DNA of 48,369 nucleotides from Saprolegnia diclina VS20 (Eukaryota): NCBI RefSeq assembly GCF_000281045.1, contig NW_008246195.1, positions 59,892 to 108,260 of the forward strand, read 5' to 3'. Shown piece by piece: positions 34,511 to 44,729 of this stretch (position 1 is its first letter; each line of letters starts with the position of its first letter). The notes under the pieces were generated by a model. It saw only the letters and a program-made list of their open reading frames with translations, ran no database searches and was not told where the DNA came from. The position numbers and the translations under genes were made by a program.

Positions 34511-35899
34511 CTACAAACAGTCATAGTGGCCGCCGCCGTCGCCGTGGACGCCATGGACGCTGCGGTCGGGGTCCCCCAAGTGGCAAGCGACGACGTCGTC
34601 GAGGCAGCACAATTCGACCTTGCTCGCTAGCGCCTGGCCGTCGCACTCCAACTTGCTACCGCGGACGCACACGAACCGAAGCGACGGCGAGAGGGGCCAG
34701 TCGCAGACGTCGGCCGCCGACCAATAGACGTTGCGCAGCGCGAGGCGGTGCAGGGCCGTGCACTGCAGCAGCACAGGCGCAAGCCAGCCGGGGAGGTAGT
34801 GCGGCGTCGAGCCAAAGCACGTGAGCGAGAGCGTTTCCAGCGTTGGCGCGATCGCTACCAACGCCGCAGCCAGCGCGGCTTTGGACCGCGCGCCCATGCT
34901 GATGTACGTGAGCTCGATGCTTCGCACTCGCGGGAGGGTACCAAGGCCGTACAGCACCTTGGCCATCGTCTTGTCGTACGTCGGCCCCAATTGCCGCGTC
35001 CGGTTCACGAGCGCTACGTGTGTGAGGTGGCTGCCGCGAATAGCCTGCACAAAGTCGTCGCCCGTTCGAATGCGCGAGATGTTGAGGCTGAGGCGCCGGA
35101 GCGTGCGAGGCAGCGGCGCCTGGAAAAGCGCGGTCGCGACATCGTCCATAAAGGCCAAGCTGAGCTCCCGCAGAGTGCTGCACGCGCGCAACGCCGACAC
35201 GAGCTTCGACACCATCTCGGCGTCCGGGACGTGCAGCGCGGTGAGCCGCAACGCACGCGGCCGCACACTATTTCGCAACCACGTTCCTAGCCACGTGTAG
35301 AGCGCTTCGCTAAAGTGATCGTCCGTGTCGTTGGCGACGTCCAGCTCCACGATGCGCGAAGTGGCGACGGCGGCCAGCAAGCAAGTGAGCCCGTCGGCGT
35401 TGGTCACGTCGGCTTCGTGGCGCAGCTGGAGGTGCTGTAGCGCGGGCGCGGCTCTGAGCCACGACGCAACGCTCTCGAACTGGTCGATCGTGTCGAACGA
35501 CTGCAGCGTGAGTGCGCAGGCGAGAAGGCGGTGGCCGTGCCAGGACGCAGCGCTCTGCATCGAGGCCGGCGCTGAAACGGCGAATGGCAGCGTCGGGTAC
35601 GTGCACAGCCATGGCAGCAGCGGCGACCGCCACGTATCAATGTCGAGCACGCCAATCTCGGGAAGTGACGCGTAGGCTAAGGCCGTGAGGTTGGCGCGTG
35701 CGAGCGACGAGGCCTGCATGCGCGGCCAGAGCTGGCTGGGCGGGAGGTGACGCGCGAGGGCGAGGTAGCTTTGGAGGCCGCTGGAAAGTCCGTCGACAGG
35801 TAGGAGCTGGAGGAAGGCGTGCGCAGCGTACGGGCACGGGACGAAGCCAATGATGGCCTCAACGAGGTCCGGCAGCGCGAGGACGACCGCCAGCGACAT
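34511..35899 (-). CDS. RNI-like LRR protein with divergent F-box-like N-terminus (paralog 2)
   Basis: ATG at 35899 (MSLAVVLALPDLVEAIIGFVPCPY). LxxLxL repeats, with W.G.RL.ACAL, PLPRTLR.L and LRNV.W blocks shared with the paralogs. Confidence 0.75.
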   Translation of the reverse strand: MSLAVVLALPDLVEAIIGFVPCPYAAHAFLQLLPVDGLSSGLQSYLALARHLPPSQLWPRMQASSLARANLTALAYASLPEIGVLDIDTWRSPLLPWLCTYPTLPFAVSAPASMQSAASWHGHRLLACALTLQSFDTIDQFESVASWLRAAPALQHLQLRHEADVTNADGLTCLLAAVATSRIVELDVANDTDDHFSEALYTWLGTWLRNSVRPRALRLTALHVPDAEMVSKLVSALRACSTLRELSLAFMDDVATALFQAPLPRTLRRLSLNISRIRTGDDFVQAIRGSHLTHVALVNRTRQLGPTYDKTMAKVLYGLGTLPRVRSIELTYISMGARSKAALAAALVAIAPTLETLSLTCFGSTPHYLPGWLAPVLLQCTALHRLALRNVYWSAADVCDWPLSPSLRFVCVRGSKLECDGQALASKVELCCLDDVVACHLGDPDRSVHGVHGDGGGHYDCL

Positions 35900-36710
35900 C
35901 GCTCGGTTTTGCTGAATCTGGGGGTTTTGGCCAATGGCGTGCTCCGAGACCTGCGATTGGTGAATACTCGAATCATGGTGTACTTGATGTTTGTATGGTC
36001 CCGTATCTTGCGTTTGATTAGCGTCGCGCCAAAGACACACTTGGCCACGCCACGTCTGTGCCCCGAGCTGCTCCTTCGGATCGGGCGTCGCAGACGTGCT
36101 CAGTCAATTCAAATAGCGTTGTTCGCAGATCACTCCTGACGCCACTGCCATTATTGTCGAGCGCTAAGGTAGCTGAGTAGACTCGTAGCTGTCAAGCGAG
36201 CGATACTCTATTGTGAGCGGCATTAACACTCCACTCCAAGCTTCACTCACACATATAACAATAAGAGTTTTCGTCGATGGGTGGGTATGTGCCAAAACAG
36301 AGTCCCAAAAGCAAGTTTTTGCTGCGGGTATGCGCGGCTCTGAAAACCGGTTAACCGAACCGGCTACTAGCTGGTTTACGTTGCTGGCTGCAGAATACGT
36401 CGTTGGTTATGTTGAATGCAATCGGTTTTGTATACTAATCGGTTAGATGTCATTTTCGGTTGAACAAATCGGAAACAGGTTGACAGAGCATAATCGGTAG
36501 CAAAATGTCGTCGGTTTACAAAAGCCAGTCAGCTTCGCGAATATAGTCGGTTTTATCATGCGTAGTTGATTATCTTAAGTAACTGGCTAGCCAAGCCGGC
36601 TCTGTCGAGCTGTCGCGGCGCCAGGGACCAACTCGATGCAAGTGAACTCGATGTATGCCAGACAAGATGTCTGTTTGAATTGTTACAAAACTATAGGAAT
36701 CAACTAGAAC

Positions 36711-38072
36711 TTAGAGAGTGTCGTCCACCGACCCGTCCCAGGGCTGCAGGTCGTCGTCCGCAAAAATACACCTGCCTTTCTCGCCCTTGGCGCAGCAGAC
36801 GCGAATGCTGCCGTCGGGACCCGGGCCGTCGCTGCCGCGAAGACACAAGTAGCGCAACGAGGCCCAGCGCTGCCACATGGCCGGGCACGTCACCGAGACG
36901 TTCCGCAGGGCGACGCGGTGCAGTCGGCGGCAGCGCGGCGCCACGTCGACGAGGAGCCGCTCAAGAGTGCTTCGGCCGCCGCCCCACGCAATGCTCTTGA
37001 GTTGCAGCGCCTCGAGCTCGCGAATCTGCGGCAGCACGGTCGTCAGCGCTGCGGCCGAGTCGGGCCCGAGGCTCAAGAACGTCAAGCTTACGTGCGAGAG
37101 GTGCGGCAACGTCGGCAGCACGCGCAGCACCTGCGCCATCTTCGTGTCGTGCTCGGGTGACATCGGGTGCTTGCGGTCGAGCGTAAAGTGCGTCAGTTGC
37201 GCATGCGCCAGCGCTGCGATGAGCTGGTCCGTGTACGCGGCGTGGCGTAAGAGCGAGCTAGAGTGGAGCACGAGGTGGCGCAATGTACGTGGCAGCGGCT
37301 CCTCCCAGAACGTCGTTGCAAAGCCGAGCATACTATGGAGCTCGAGCGCTCGGAGCGAAACGCACTTGCGTAGCGCCGTCGAGAGCGCGGTCTCGGTCGC
37401 CCGCTGGGGAAACCCGAGGCTTGTGAGCCGCACGCGCACCAGCTGCGGCGTCGCCAGAAGCGACTGCAGCGCCGTGACAAACGCCGCCGTGTACCGCGCG
37501 TCGCCGCCGTCGTTGTGTAGGGCAAGCTCCTCAAGGGAGCGGGACCCACAGAGCGCGTCGACAAAGGCGCGGCAGCCGTCGCGGGCAAAGTTGACCGATG
37601 AGATGCGCAGCGAGAGCGAGCGCAGCTGCGGGGCCGTCTCGAGCCACGTGGCGACGCGCAGCATGTCAACTTCCGAGTCGGCGCTCGTGAGCGCGAGCGC
37701 GCAGGCGACGAGGCGATGGCCGCTCCACGACGCCGCGGTCGTGATTGTCGTGTACGCATCCGCCATGATGGGTGTCGTGGCCGGCAGCTTGGCGACGTCG
37801 GCGGCCGACGAAGCCCGAGCGATCGACGTCAGCTGGAGCAAGCGCGCTTGCAAGCCCGGCGCCGCGAGCAGCACGTGTGCGTGGACGTGTGGCCACAGAT
37901 GCGTCGGCGGCGTCGTTGCTTGCAGTGCAAGGTACGTCTGGAACGGCGCTGAGAGCGTAGTCGAAGGTACCATATGCAGGAGCGCCGATAGCGAAAACGG
38001 GCATCGGACGAACTCGGCGATCTTGAGCACGAGCTCGGGCGCCTCCAAGACGACGGCCAGATGTTGGGCCAT
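36711..38072 (-). CDS. RNI-like LRR protein with divergent F-box-like N-terminus (paralog 3)
   Basis: ATG at 38072 (MAQHLAVVLEAPELVLKIAEFVRCPF) and the same conserved blocks as paralogs 1 and 2. Confidence 0.75.
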   Translation of the reverse strand: MAQHLAVVLEAPELVLKIAEFVRCPFSLSALLHMVPSTTLSAPFQTYLALQATTPPTHLWPHVHAHVLLAAPGLQARLLQLTSIARASSAADVAKLPATTPIMADAYTTITTAASWSGHRLVACALALTSADSEVDMLRVATWLETAPQLRSLSLRISSVNFARDGCRAFVDALCGSRSLEELALHNDGGDARYTAAFVTALQSLLATPQLVRVRLTSLGFPQRATETALSTALRKCVSLRALELHSMLGFATTFWEEPLPRTLRHLVLHSSSLLRHAAYTDQLIAALAHAQLTHFTLDRKHPMSPEHDTKMAQVLRVLPTLPHLSHVSLTFLSLGPDSAAALTTVLPQIRELEALQLKSIAWGGGRSTLERLLVDVAPRCRRLHRVALRNVSVTCPAMWQRWASLRYLCLRGSDGPGPDGSIRVCCAKGEKGRCIFADDDLQPWDGSVDDTL

Positions 38073-39500
38073 GCGTCGTGGAGTCGTGACGACTCGCAGC
38101 TTCCGGTGCGTCACGAGGGCCGGCGATATTGGCCCAGAGACGCCATGAGCTACTGGTACCGGTCGGACGCGCTGGCTGGACGAGAAGAGCGCTTGAAGGC
38201 AGCAGCAAGCGACAAACGTCACGACGGCTGCCAGCCACATGGGCCCCTGCAGGCAGATCGCAATGCCAGTACATGCAGTCAGCGAAGCGGCGCCTTTGAT
38301 TGGCTAAAATTCGGGGTCCGAAACGAACCTGGGTGCCACGATCCTGGATCAAATATCATCTTCTGGAGGTGCAGACCAGTAAAATGCATTTTGAGGGTCC
38401 AAAGCCAAAGCCTCGTTCGCAGGACAACAAAGTGTGGACTTCTAGTAGGTGGATAGATGGATAGATCGATGGATAGTCACTCGAAAAGAACGAGTAGGCT
38501 CCTGGGCAGGGGCGTGTACTAGCGCATTTCCATACTAGAATGCAAGCAGTTGGCGTTGTGAAATCCCAACGTTAACGTTATTCTGCATGTGATAGCGCCC
38601 GCGGTGCAGACACAAACAACAGCGAGGGGAGAGCCGTCTCCCGTGAAGCAGGCAGTTGTATTGGGCTTACACCACAGAGGCAAAAGATGAAGTGAGCTAC
38701 AAGCTACAGGAGCTATCCCCATGTCTACCGGATGTGACTATCTATAGAGGATCACTACCGGAATGGAAGGATAGAAGGATATACTAATCCTACGACTAGT
38801 ATGCAATACAGAAGCCCTTACAACATGTATCTTCACACGGCATCTCCAGCTGATCGCAGCTTGCATTGGTTGGACATGGCTTAGCCTTTGATCCACACAC
38901 AACATGCATCCTGGCATCCAATACTGTCGTCGAGCTCTTGGTCAAGCCGACTGCATGCGGCGCGCCATCGCATTGTGCTACGTGCGAAGCGGGGGCTTGT
39001 CGCTCTTGCACCATTGCAAGCGCTGTTTCTACTGCGATGAGCGACGCGAAGGTGCGATTTACAGCTTTGACGACGTTGTGATGGGTTCCGATCTGGGCCT
39101 CGTATATGGACACAAACCACATGTGGTGGACTCATCTGATTCAGCCACGAAATCTCATTTCTAGAAACTTATTCCTAGAAATAAGATCAACATGAACGTA
39201 CGAAAAGTGAACATGGATATAAGCCACTGATGGTCACCTCAGCTGCGGCAGATAGGACAAGAGGCAATGCTCCCCCTCGTATTTCAAACCAGTACAATTG
39301 TAGTACATGATCTGGTGTCATGTCAAGATTGAGTAGAAATGTCGAGAAGGGGGCCATTTCTACCCCTTTCGTTCGTTCGAGAGTCTGATTTGGATCTGTT
39401 CTCAGATGCAGGAGGATCGTCGATCGTACCAGAAAGAGACGTGGTCATCTGAGCGCAAAAGCGTTCACGTTGATCTCTCACAACTCAATTTCCTTCCAAC

Positions 39501-39689
39501 ATGCAAGCCTCCCGCTTCCTCCTCGCGATTGCCGCCGTCCTCGCCGTCACGGTTGCCGGTGCCAACACCAACGAAGAGAAGGCCGCCCTTCGGGGCGCGT
39601 CGCCTGACGCCGTCGAGCCCGAAAGACTTTGCGGCGACTGCATCCGCCACTGGCGCCCGTGCTGCGCCAACCACCAGTGGTCGACCTAA
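39501..39689 (+). CDS. Small secreted cysteine-rich prepropeptide (62 aa)
   Basis: Signal peptide MQASRFLLAIAAVLAVTVAGA, acidic spacer, C-terminal LCGDCIRHWRPCCANHQWST. It is a GC3-rich island in less GC-rich flanks, with a pyrimidine-rich initiator-like ctcaatttccttccaacATG. Confidence 0.7.
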   Translation: MQASRFLLAIAAVLAVTVAGANTNEEKAALRGASPDAVEPERLCGDCIRHWRPCCANHQWST

Positions 39690-40121
39690 TTCTTGAGTAA
39701 TCGAGATGGAGCATCCAAAACACATGTTTACGGTCTACAGATAACCGACTCGGGTATTTCGATTGGCCGTTGCAGAGCCGCAGGTGTAGATACTTTGATG
39801 CCACCATGGCGCATGACGCCGGCTCCACCAATCAAAAAAGCCTCGCCTACTTGTCATCTCTATCTAGTCTTCTTCATGAAGGCTGTAGATTTGGTGTGTT
39901 TGTTCATACTTGTATTGGTGTGTCGCGGCTTTGGGCTCTAGCAACGTACTGCCAAGGACTCGGTCTCTCTACCTTTTTCATCAATGGGTCGAGACGACAC
40001 GTGTCTTTGTTGGCCGTCTTTGGAAGCGGCGCTGAAACGCTCGCAGGGTCAAGATGGCGTCCCAACGGCAATCGCGCGGGCCTACTCGGATAATCTGATT
40101 GGACTTTCAGTCGCGCACGCA

Positions 40122-40811
40122 ATGCTGCACCGTCTCGGCCTTGTCTTGAGCGTTCTCCTCGTGTCTGTGGGCGCCTGCTCATGGGAGGCCACAGCGCGCC
40201 ACGTGACCAGCAACGTATCGCTCACGTGCCCCTTCGTGGCGCCTGGGATGCACTTGACGCCGACACGCCTCGGCGAGCCAATGGTATGGTCCGACGCAGG
40301 CGACGCATTCGAGGTGCTCTTGTTTGACGCTGCGGGCGTCTCAGTCGACGCTGTGACGCGCACGGGCGACCACACGGTGGTTTTGGCCTGCCAACGTCCC
40401 GCAAATTGTACCTTGTCGTGGGGACTACAGTGGGCGCCGCCGACGCGCGCGCTCGCGACGTGCCCGCTCCCCGGCGTCTACAAAGCCACCGGCTTCAGCC
40501 TCGAGCTCACGAGCGCCGGAACGTTCTCGCAAACCGTGTCGATTTCAACCACGACGTGCGCGACGACGGGCCAGTACACTGCGTCGGACCAGACGCTGAC
40601 GCTCACGGTCGCGACGGCGTCGTCCGGGTGCGGCGGCCTCATTACACCCGACATGAAAGTGTCGAGCCTCATCGCCTTCTCGGGCGACTGCCAGCAAGTC
40701 ACGATCCAAGTCGCAGGCTCCATCACGTCCCTCCAGCGGTCGTCCAGTGCATCGCGCCTACTGCTAAGTCTTCTGGTCATGGCGATAACGTCGGCTCGTA
40801 TCTTTTACTAA
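40122..40811 (+). CDS. Secreted or GPI-anchored Ser/Thr/Cys-rich surface protein
   Basis: N-terminal signal peptide MLHRLGLVLSVLLVSVGA, a Cys-spaced beta-rich body, and SSSAS followed by a hydrophobic C-terminal tail. Confidence 0.65.
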   Translation: MLHRLGLVLSVLLVSVGACSWEATARHVTSNVSLTCPFVAPGMHLTPTRLGEPMVWSDAGDAFEVLLFDAAGVSVDAVTRTGDHTVVLACQRPANCTLSWGLQWAPPTRALATCPLPGVYKATGFSLELTSAGTFSQTVSISTTTCATTGQYTASDQTLTLTVATASSGCGGLITPDMKVSSLIAFSGDCQQVTIQVAGSITSLQRSSSASRLLLSLLVMAITSARIFY

Positions 40812-41121
40812 ATAATGCGCGTTGCAATAGTTGTTATACACGTGAGCAAGGGTATATGAGCTGATGTACCCTTGACCAGAGATAACGTCGGCGGATCTGT
40901 TGCCAGACACACTACTGCGCGCGCGACGCTGGAAAAGCGTTCTGGACGTTTCGCTCCTCGGACGTAAATCTCGTGCCACGCGAGCAGCAGAGGACGCTCG
41001 CAACATGACAGACATCGCCACGACAAGCTGCGCCGACGCCTGCTACCCCGACAAGCGCATGCGACTAGAATCAAAAGAGACAAACCGACTCTGGATTTTC
41101 AAAAAGCAACTAACTAACAAC

Positions 41122-41997
41122 TTAGGCGACCGTCTTGGCGTCGATCTTGCGGTGGTAGTTGATGATGACGACCTTGTAGCAGCCGGCACCGAGGGCGCCG
41201 CCGACCAACGGCGCGATGAGCGGGATCCAGAAGTAGTAGTTGGCGCCCGTAAAGACCTCGGGGCCCCAGCCGGCAAGGTACGTGAAGAGGCGCGGGGCAA
41301 AGTCGCGGGCCGGGTTGAGCGCAAAGCCGGTGGGCATGCCGAAGCTGAAGCCAATGGCCGTGATGGCCGCGCCCACTGTAATGGGCTTGAGGACGGGCGA
41401 CGTCGGCATGTTGCGCGGGTCCTCGACGCTCATGATGGTGAGGAGGAGCATGGCCGTGCCGAGCATCTCGGTGACGAACGCGCTCAGGTGGTGCTCGTAC
41501 GACTGCGGGTAGGTCGCAAAGATACCGCCCGTCTTGTTCCACGTGCGGTTGGCGTCGTGGAAGTCGAGCGACGGGAGGTAGATGACGTACACGAAGAGAG
41601 CGCCGAGGAAGGCGCCGACCATCTGCGAGACGATGTAGAACGGCAGCTTGCGCCACGGCATGAGCCCGTGCACGCACAAGGCGAACGAGACCGCGGGGTT
41701 GATGTGGCCGCCCGAGATGCCGCCGGACGCGTGGATGCCAAAGGTCACGCCGAGGCCGCACCCGATGCAGATCTGCGTCCAGTCGCCGAACGCGCCGTCG
41801 CCGAGCTTGACCTGCGCGATGACGCCGTTGATGAAGGCCATGAGCACAAACGTGCCGAGGAGCTCGGCGAGGCACTCGTGGCGGAGCTGGTAGTGCGTCT
41901 CGTACCACGACCGGTTGTCGGGCAGCGTGCCGTCTTCGAGCGTCGCGATGGACTCGTACTTGGACTTGTCAACCGTCAGCGGCGCGTGTTCAGCCAT
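41122..41997 (-). CDS. Aquaglyceroporin (MIP family, GlpF/AQP3-like)
   Basis: ECLAELLGTF, SGGHINPAVS, GIFATYP, GFALNPARDFAPRLF and YFWIPLIAPLVGG. The NPARD motif marks the glycerol-facilitator subfamily. Confidence 0.96.
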   Translation of the reverse strand: MAEHAPLTVDKSKYESIATLEDGTLPDNRSWYETHYQLRHECLAELLGTFVLMAFINGVIAQVKLGDGAFGDWTQICIGCGLGVTFGIHASGGISGGHINPAVSFALCVHGLMPWRKLPFYIVSQMVGAFLGALFVYVIYLPSLDFHDANRTWNKTGGIFATYPQSYEHHLSAFVTEMLGTAMLLLTIMSVEDPRNMPTSPVLKPITVGAAITAIGFSFGMPTGFALNPARDFAPRLFTYLAGWGPEVFTGANYYFWIPLIAPLVGGALGAGCYKVVIINYHRKIDAKTVA

Positions 41998-44453
41998 TCT
42001 CTTGTCGTAGGCGGAGGCAAAAGAGGAAATGAGCAAAGGGGCGTCAATGAAACCAAAGGCGTTCTGAGTACAGTACGATGCGGTGGTGGCGCGTCGAGGG
42101 TGGCACCCAGTGGGACAGGCCAAACGGGTGCGCCGAATGAGAAGCACCCATGACCCACAAAATCGCATTTTCCTGGCCATGACTAGTATACCTCGTGTAG
42201 ACCGTGGACGCCCCACAGACCAATCGCCCATCGCTGACATCGTTGGCATGGATCGACGGACGCAGCGCCGCCCATCATCCCAATGCCCCGGGGCACGGGA
42301 GGATCGATCCCGGGGCGCCAGCTGTTTTCGTCTGCGACATGTGCGAATCTCGGCGACCCGCCACGGTCGGTGTCGCTAGATCGCTGCAGACCGTAGAAAC
42401 GCGTGCGAAAAGGGCGCAGGTGGCATTGCGGAAGCGCGACGTCTGTGTCTCTCTGCACGGCGCGTGGGCCATCCAATCGACCTCCTCGCCAATCTGCCAG
42501 GACTTGGTGGTGAGGAAGAGGATCGACAGTCTCTGGATACCGTGTAGTATATCAACTTGAGGAAGACCATTGTAGTGACTGCGAATTCAGCCGCCACGCC
42601 TCGTTCGTTGAGGAAGTGCGCGGGGATTGCGGCCGACTGACTGGCGCGGCTACTCGCCTATCCGGATACAGTGTACTTGGCGCAATGACGACGCGGCCGC
42701 TCATCGATGCAAGTGGCGGTTATCAATACGCATTGGCACCATCGAGGTCCCGCACCCGAACACGCGGACGAATCTCTTTGGCTCGTTTGGGCGTCGTGGC
42801 TTTGTGCAAATATAGGAGGCGCCGCGTCGACCATGTCTCGTAGTCGATGCGCGCATCCTTCGATGGTCTGATATGGACTGAAGTGCAATTGCCAATGAAG
42901 TCCAAGAACGAAGGCCGATCACTTTGCTTCGGGGGATTGTGGCGGAAATTTTGGCTGGTCCGAAGCAACCAGAGTACTAGTACCATGCAGAAGGAGTTGC
43001 CTGTCTTGTGGCGCCAGAAGCACCAACGGACGGAGCGAACGTGTGCGTGTCTCTCTCGCTCGAAGACTTGAAAATGGTTGCTGCGTCGAAAGGACTCTGC
43101 TCTCGTCGGGTGCTGGATTGTGTACTGTACGCACGTTCACTTCGTTGATTGAGCTCCCACTGGATACTCGTACAGTGTACTAAGTACTACTCTGTCCTTG
43201 GGGCAGGGCGTCATGACGTGGCACGTCCAGAGGTTTCCAACATCGCAGGCCTCGATCGTTTTAAACAGTTTCGGAAGTGTCACCGACGTGGTGACGTCAG
43301 CGTCAGCTCCGCGTGGCGTCTGTGGTCTTGTGGTAGCTGCGCGCAGAGGACTGGTCGCGCACGCAGAGCTTTACGCAGCCATTCGCGCCTTTGGAACGCA
43401 GCTTTCGTCTCGCCGTACGCCTGGCGTCCTGCTGCAAAAGCGAGCGAATCGATGAACGTATCAGCACGCGTATCGCCCCCGCCTGGGCACTCCTAGTATA
43501 ATAAGATGTTTTAAAGCTGCAGCTATCATGCTGATGGCGTGTCCTAAGCTCGCGCGCAAGCTGGCATGCGGCGCCGGTCGCCGGGATGGAGTTCATGACA
43601 TTGGCGTGGTAAGCGATCCAAGCGCCCATTCTCTACTACACTTCTCTGTCTTGATGGTCATGACGAACAAGCTCCTCTTGGCAGAGACTGTAGCATCACC
43701 AGCGACCTTGATCCAGTAGAGCGCGTTGAACAACCCACTGCAACTGCCTCGTATCTCGGATTGTTCGGTTAGTGTCCGGATACGATAGAGTGTGACCAAG
43801 TTCGCGAACTTCACATGCGGATTCGAAACACCTCATGCTTGCTTTCGGTGGCCTCACTATCGATCCGACTGCCAACTTTCCACAGCAAATACGCCACAGC
43901 AAAGTATTATAAGTGTACGGAACTGAGTGGGATCCCCGAGGGGACAGCATAAATTGAAGCCCGCCCAGTGGGCGTGCTCACGGGGGTTGGATTAGTTTTC
44001 AACTAGCAATCACGATGCATCAGCATAAGCTTCACACACTATCGTATTGCCCCAAGCGCAAAGATAATGCACTAAAGAATCCTTTGTCCATAGCTAGGTC
44101 TCGTGTGCGCCGTCGTCACCACGCGCATATTTCGCGTCAGGATATCCTTGTACTACCCAAGGGAATTTCAAAAGCCTAAAATAGACGACCATCGACCAAC
44201 CACGCTGATAGCACCATCATGCAGTATTGAGTTGGGTGGACCTCATGGCCTGCCGCTTGGCAAAAAGATGGTCTTGCAATCCTCGAGCGACGTCCCATCG
44301 CTGCCACCGAGGCTGGCCGTGAGTACGACGAGGCGGCGCAGGATCTCTGCTGCGAGATCATCGACGTCGGTCGGCGGGTTGTGCAACGCAACGCGCGACC
44401 AGTGCTGTGCACGTTCTTGACGCGGCCGCGCGTGTTGGCGGGAGTCCGCCATG

Positions 44454-44729
44454 CATGGCGCTTTGAGCCTTCATAATTCTAGACAGACTTGTCCTTGGCC
44501 ACTGAAATGATCACATCGTTGTGGCTCCGCGCATAGAGCGTAGTATCGAAAATGCCATTTTATTCAAATCAATTCATTGAAAAATCATCCAGTGACCAGG
44601 GATGCCGCAAATCAGCACGTTCAACCTCTCTCCATCACTAGCGACTTGTAGTGGGCCGTTGAAAATAATCCCAGCATTCTCCAACATTTTCTACATTTTG
44701 GCCATGACCACCGGCGGGCGTGAGGTTTG
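44454..44729 (+). repeat. Dispersed repeat, copy B; its first 54 bp are repeated at 44924-44977
   Basis: 44478-44729 matches 26778-27032. 44454-44507 matches 44924-44977 with one substitution. Confidence 0.9.

Noticed and set aside
36877..38148. 423-aa plus-strand ORF, and similar long overlapping ORFs such as 8248-9318, 5695-6645 and 29841-30827
   Set aside because: These are shadow frames of better-supported genes. They have low-complexity Arg/Ala/Ser composition and no motifs.
39564..39630. RxLR-dEER effector motif in the small secreted peptide
   Set aside because: The sequence is AALRG, lacking the first Arg, and the peptide is Cys-rich, unlike typical RxLR effectors.
40900..42153. 417-aa plus-strand ORF
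   Set aside because: It is an antisense shadow of the aquaglyceroporin, produced by high GC3 codon bias.
43470..43506. Helitron 3' end (short GC hairpin followed by CTAG-T)
   Set aside because: The stem is only about 4 bp, and no matching 5' end, second copy or RepHel remnant is visible.
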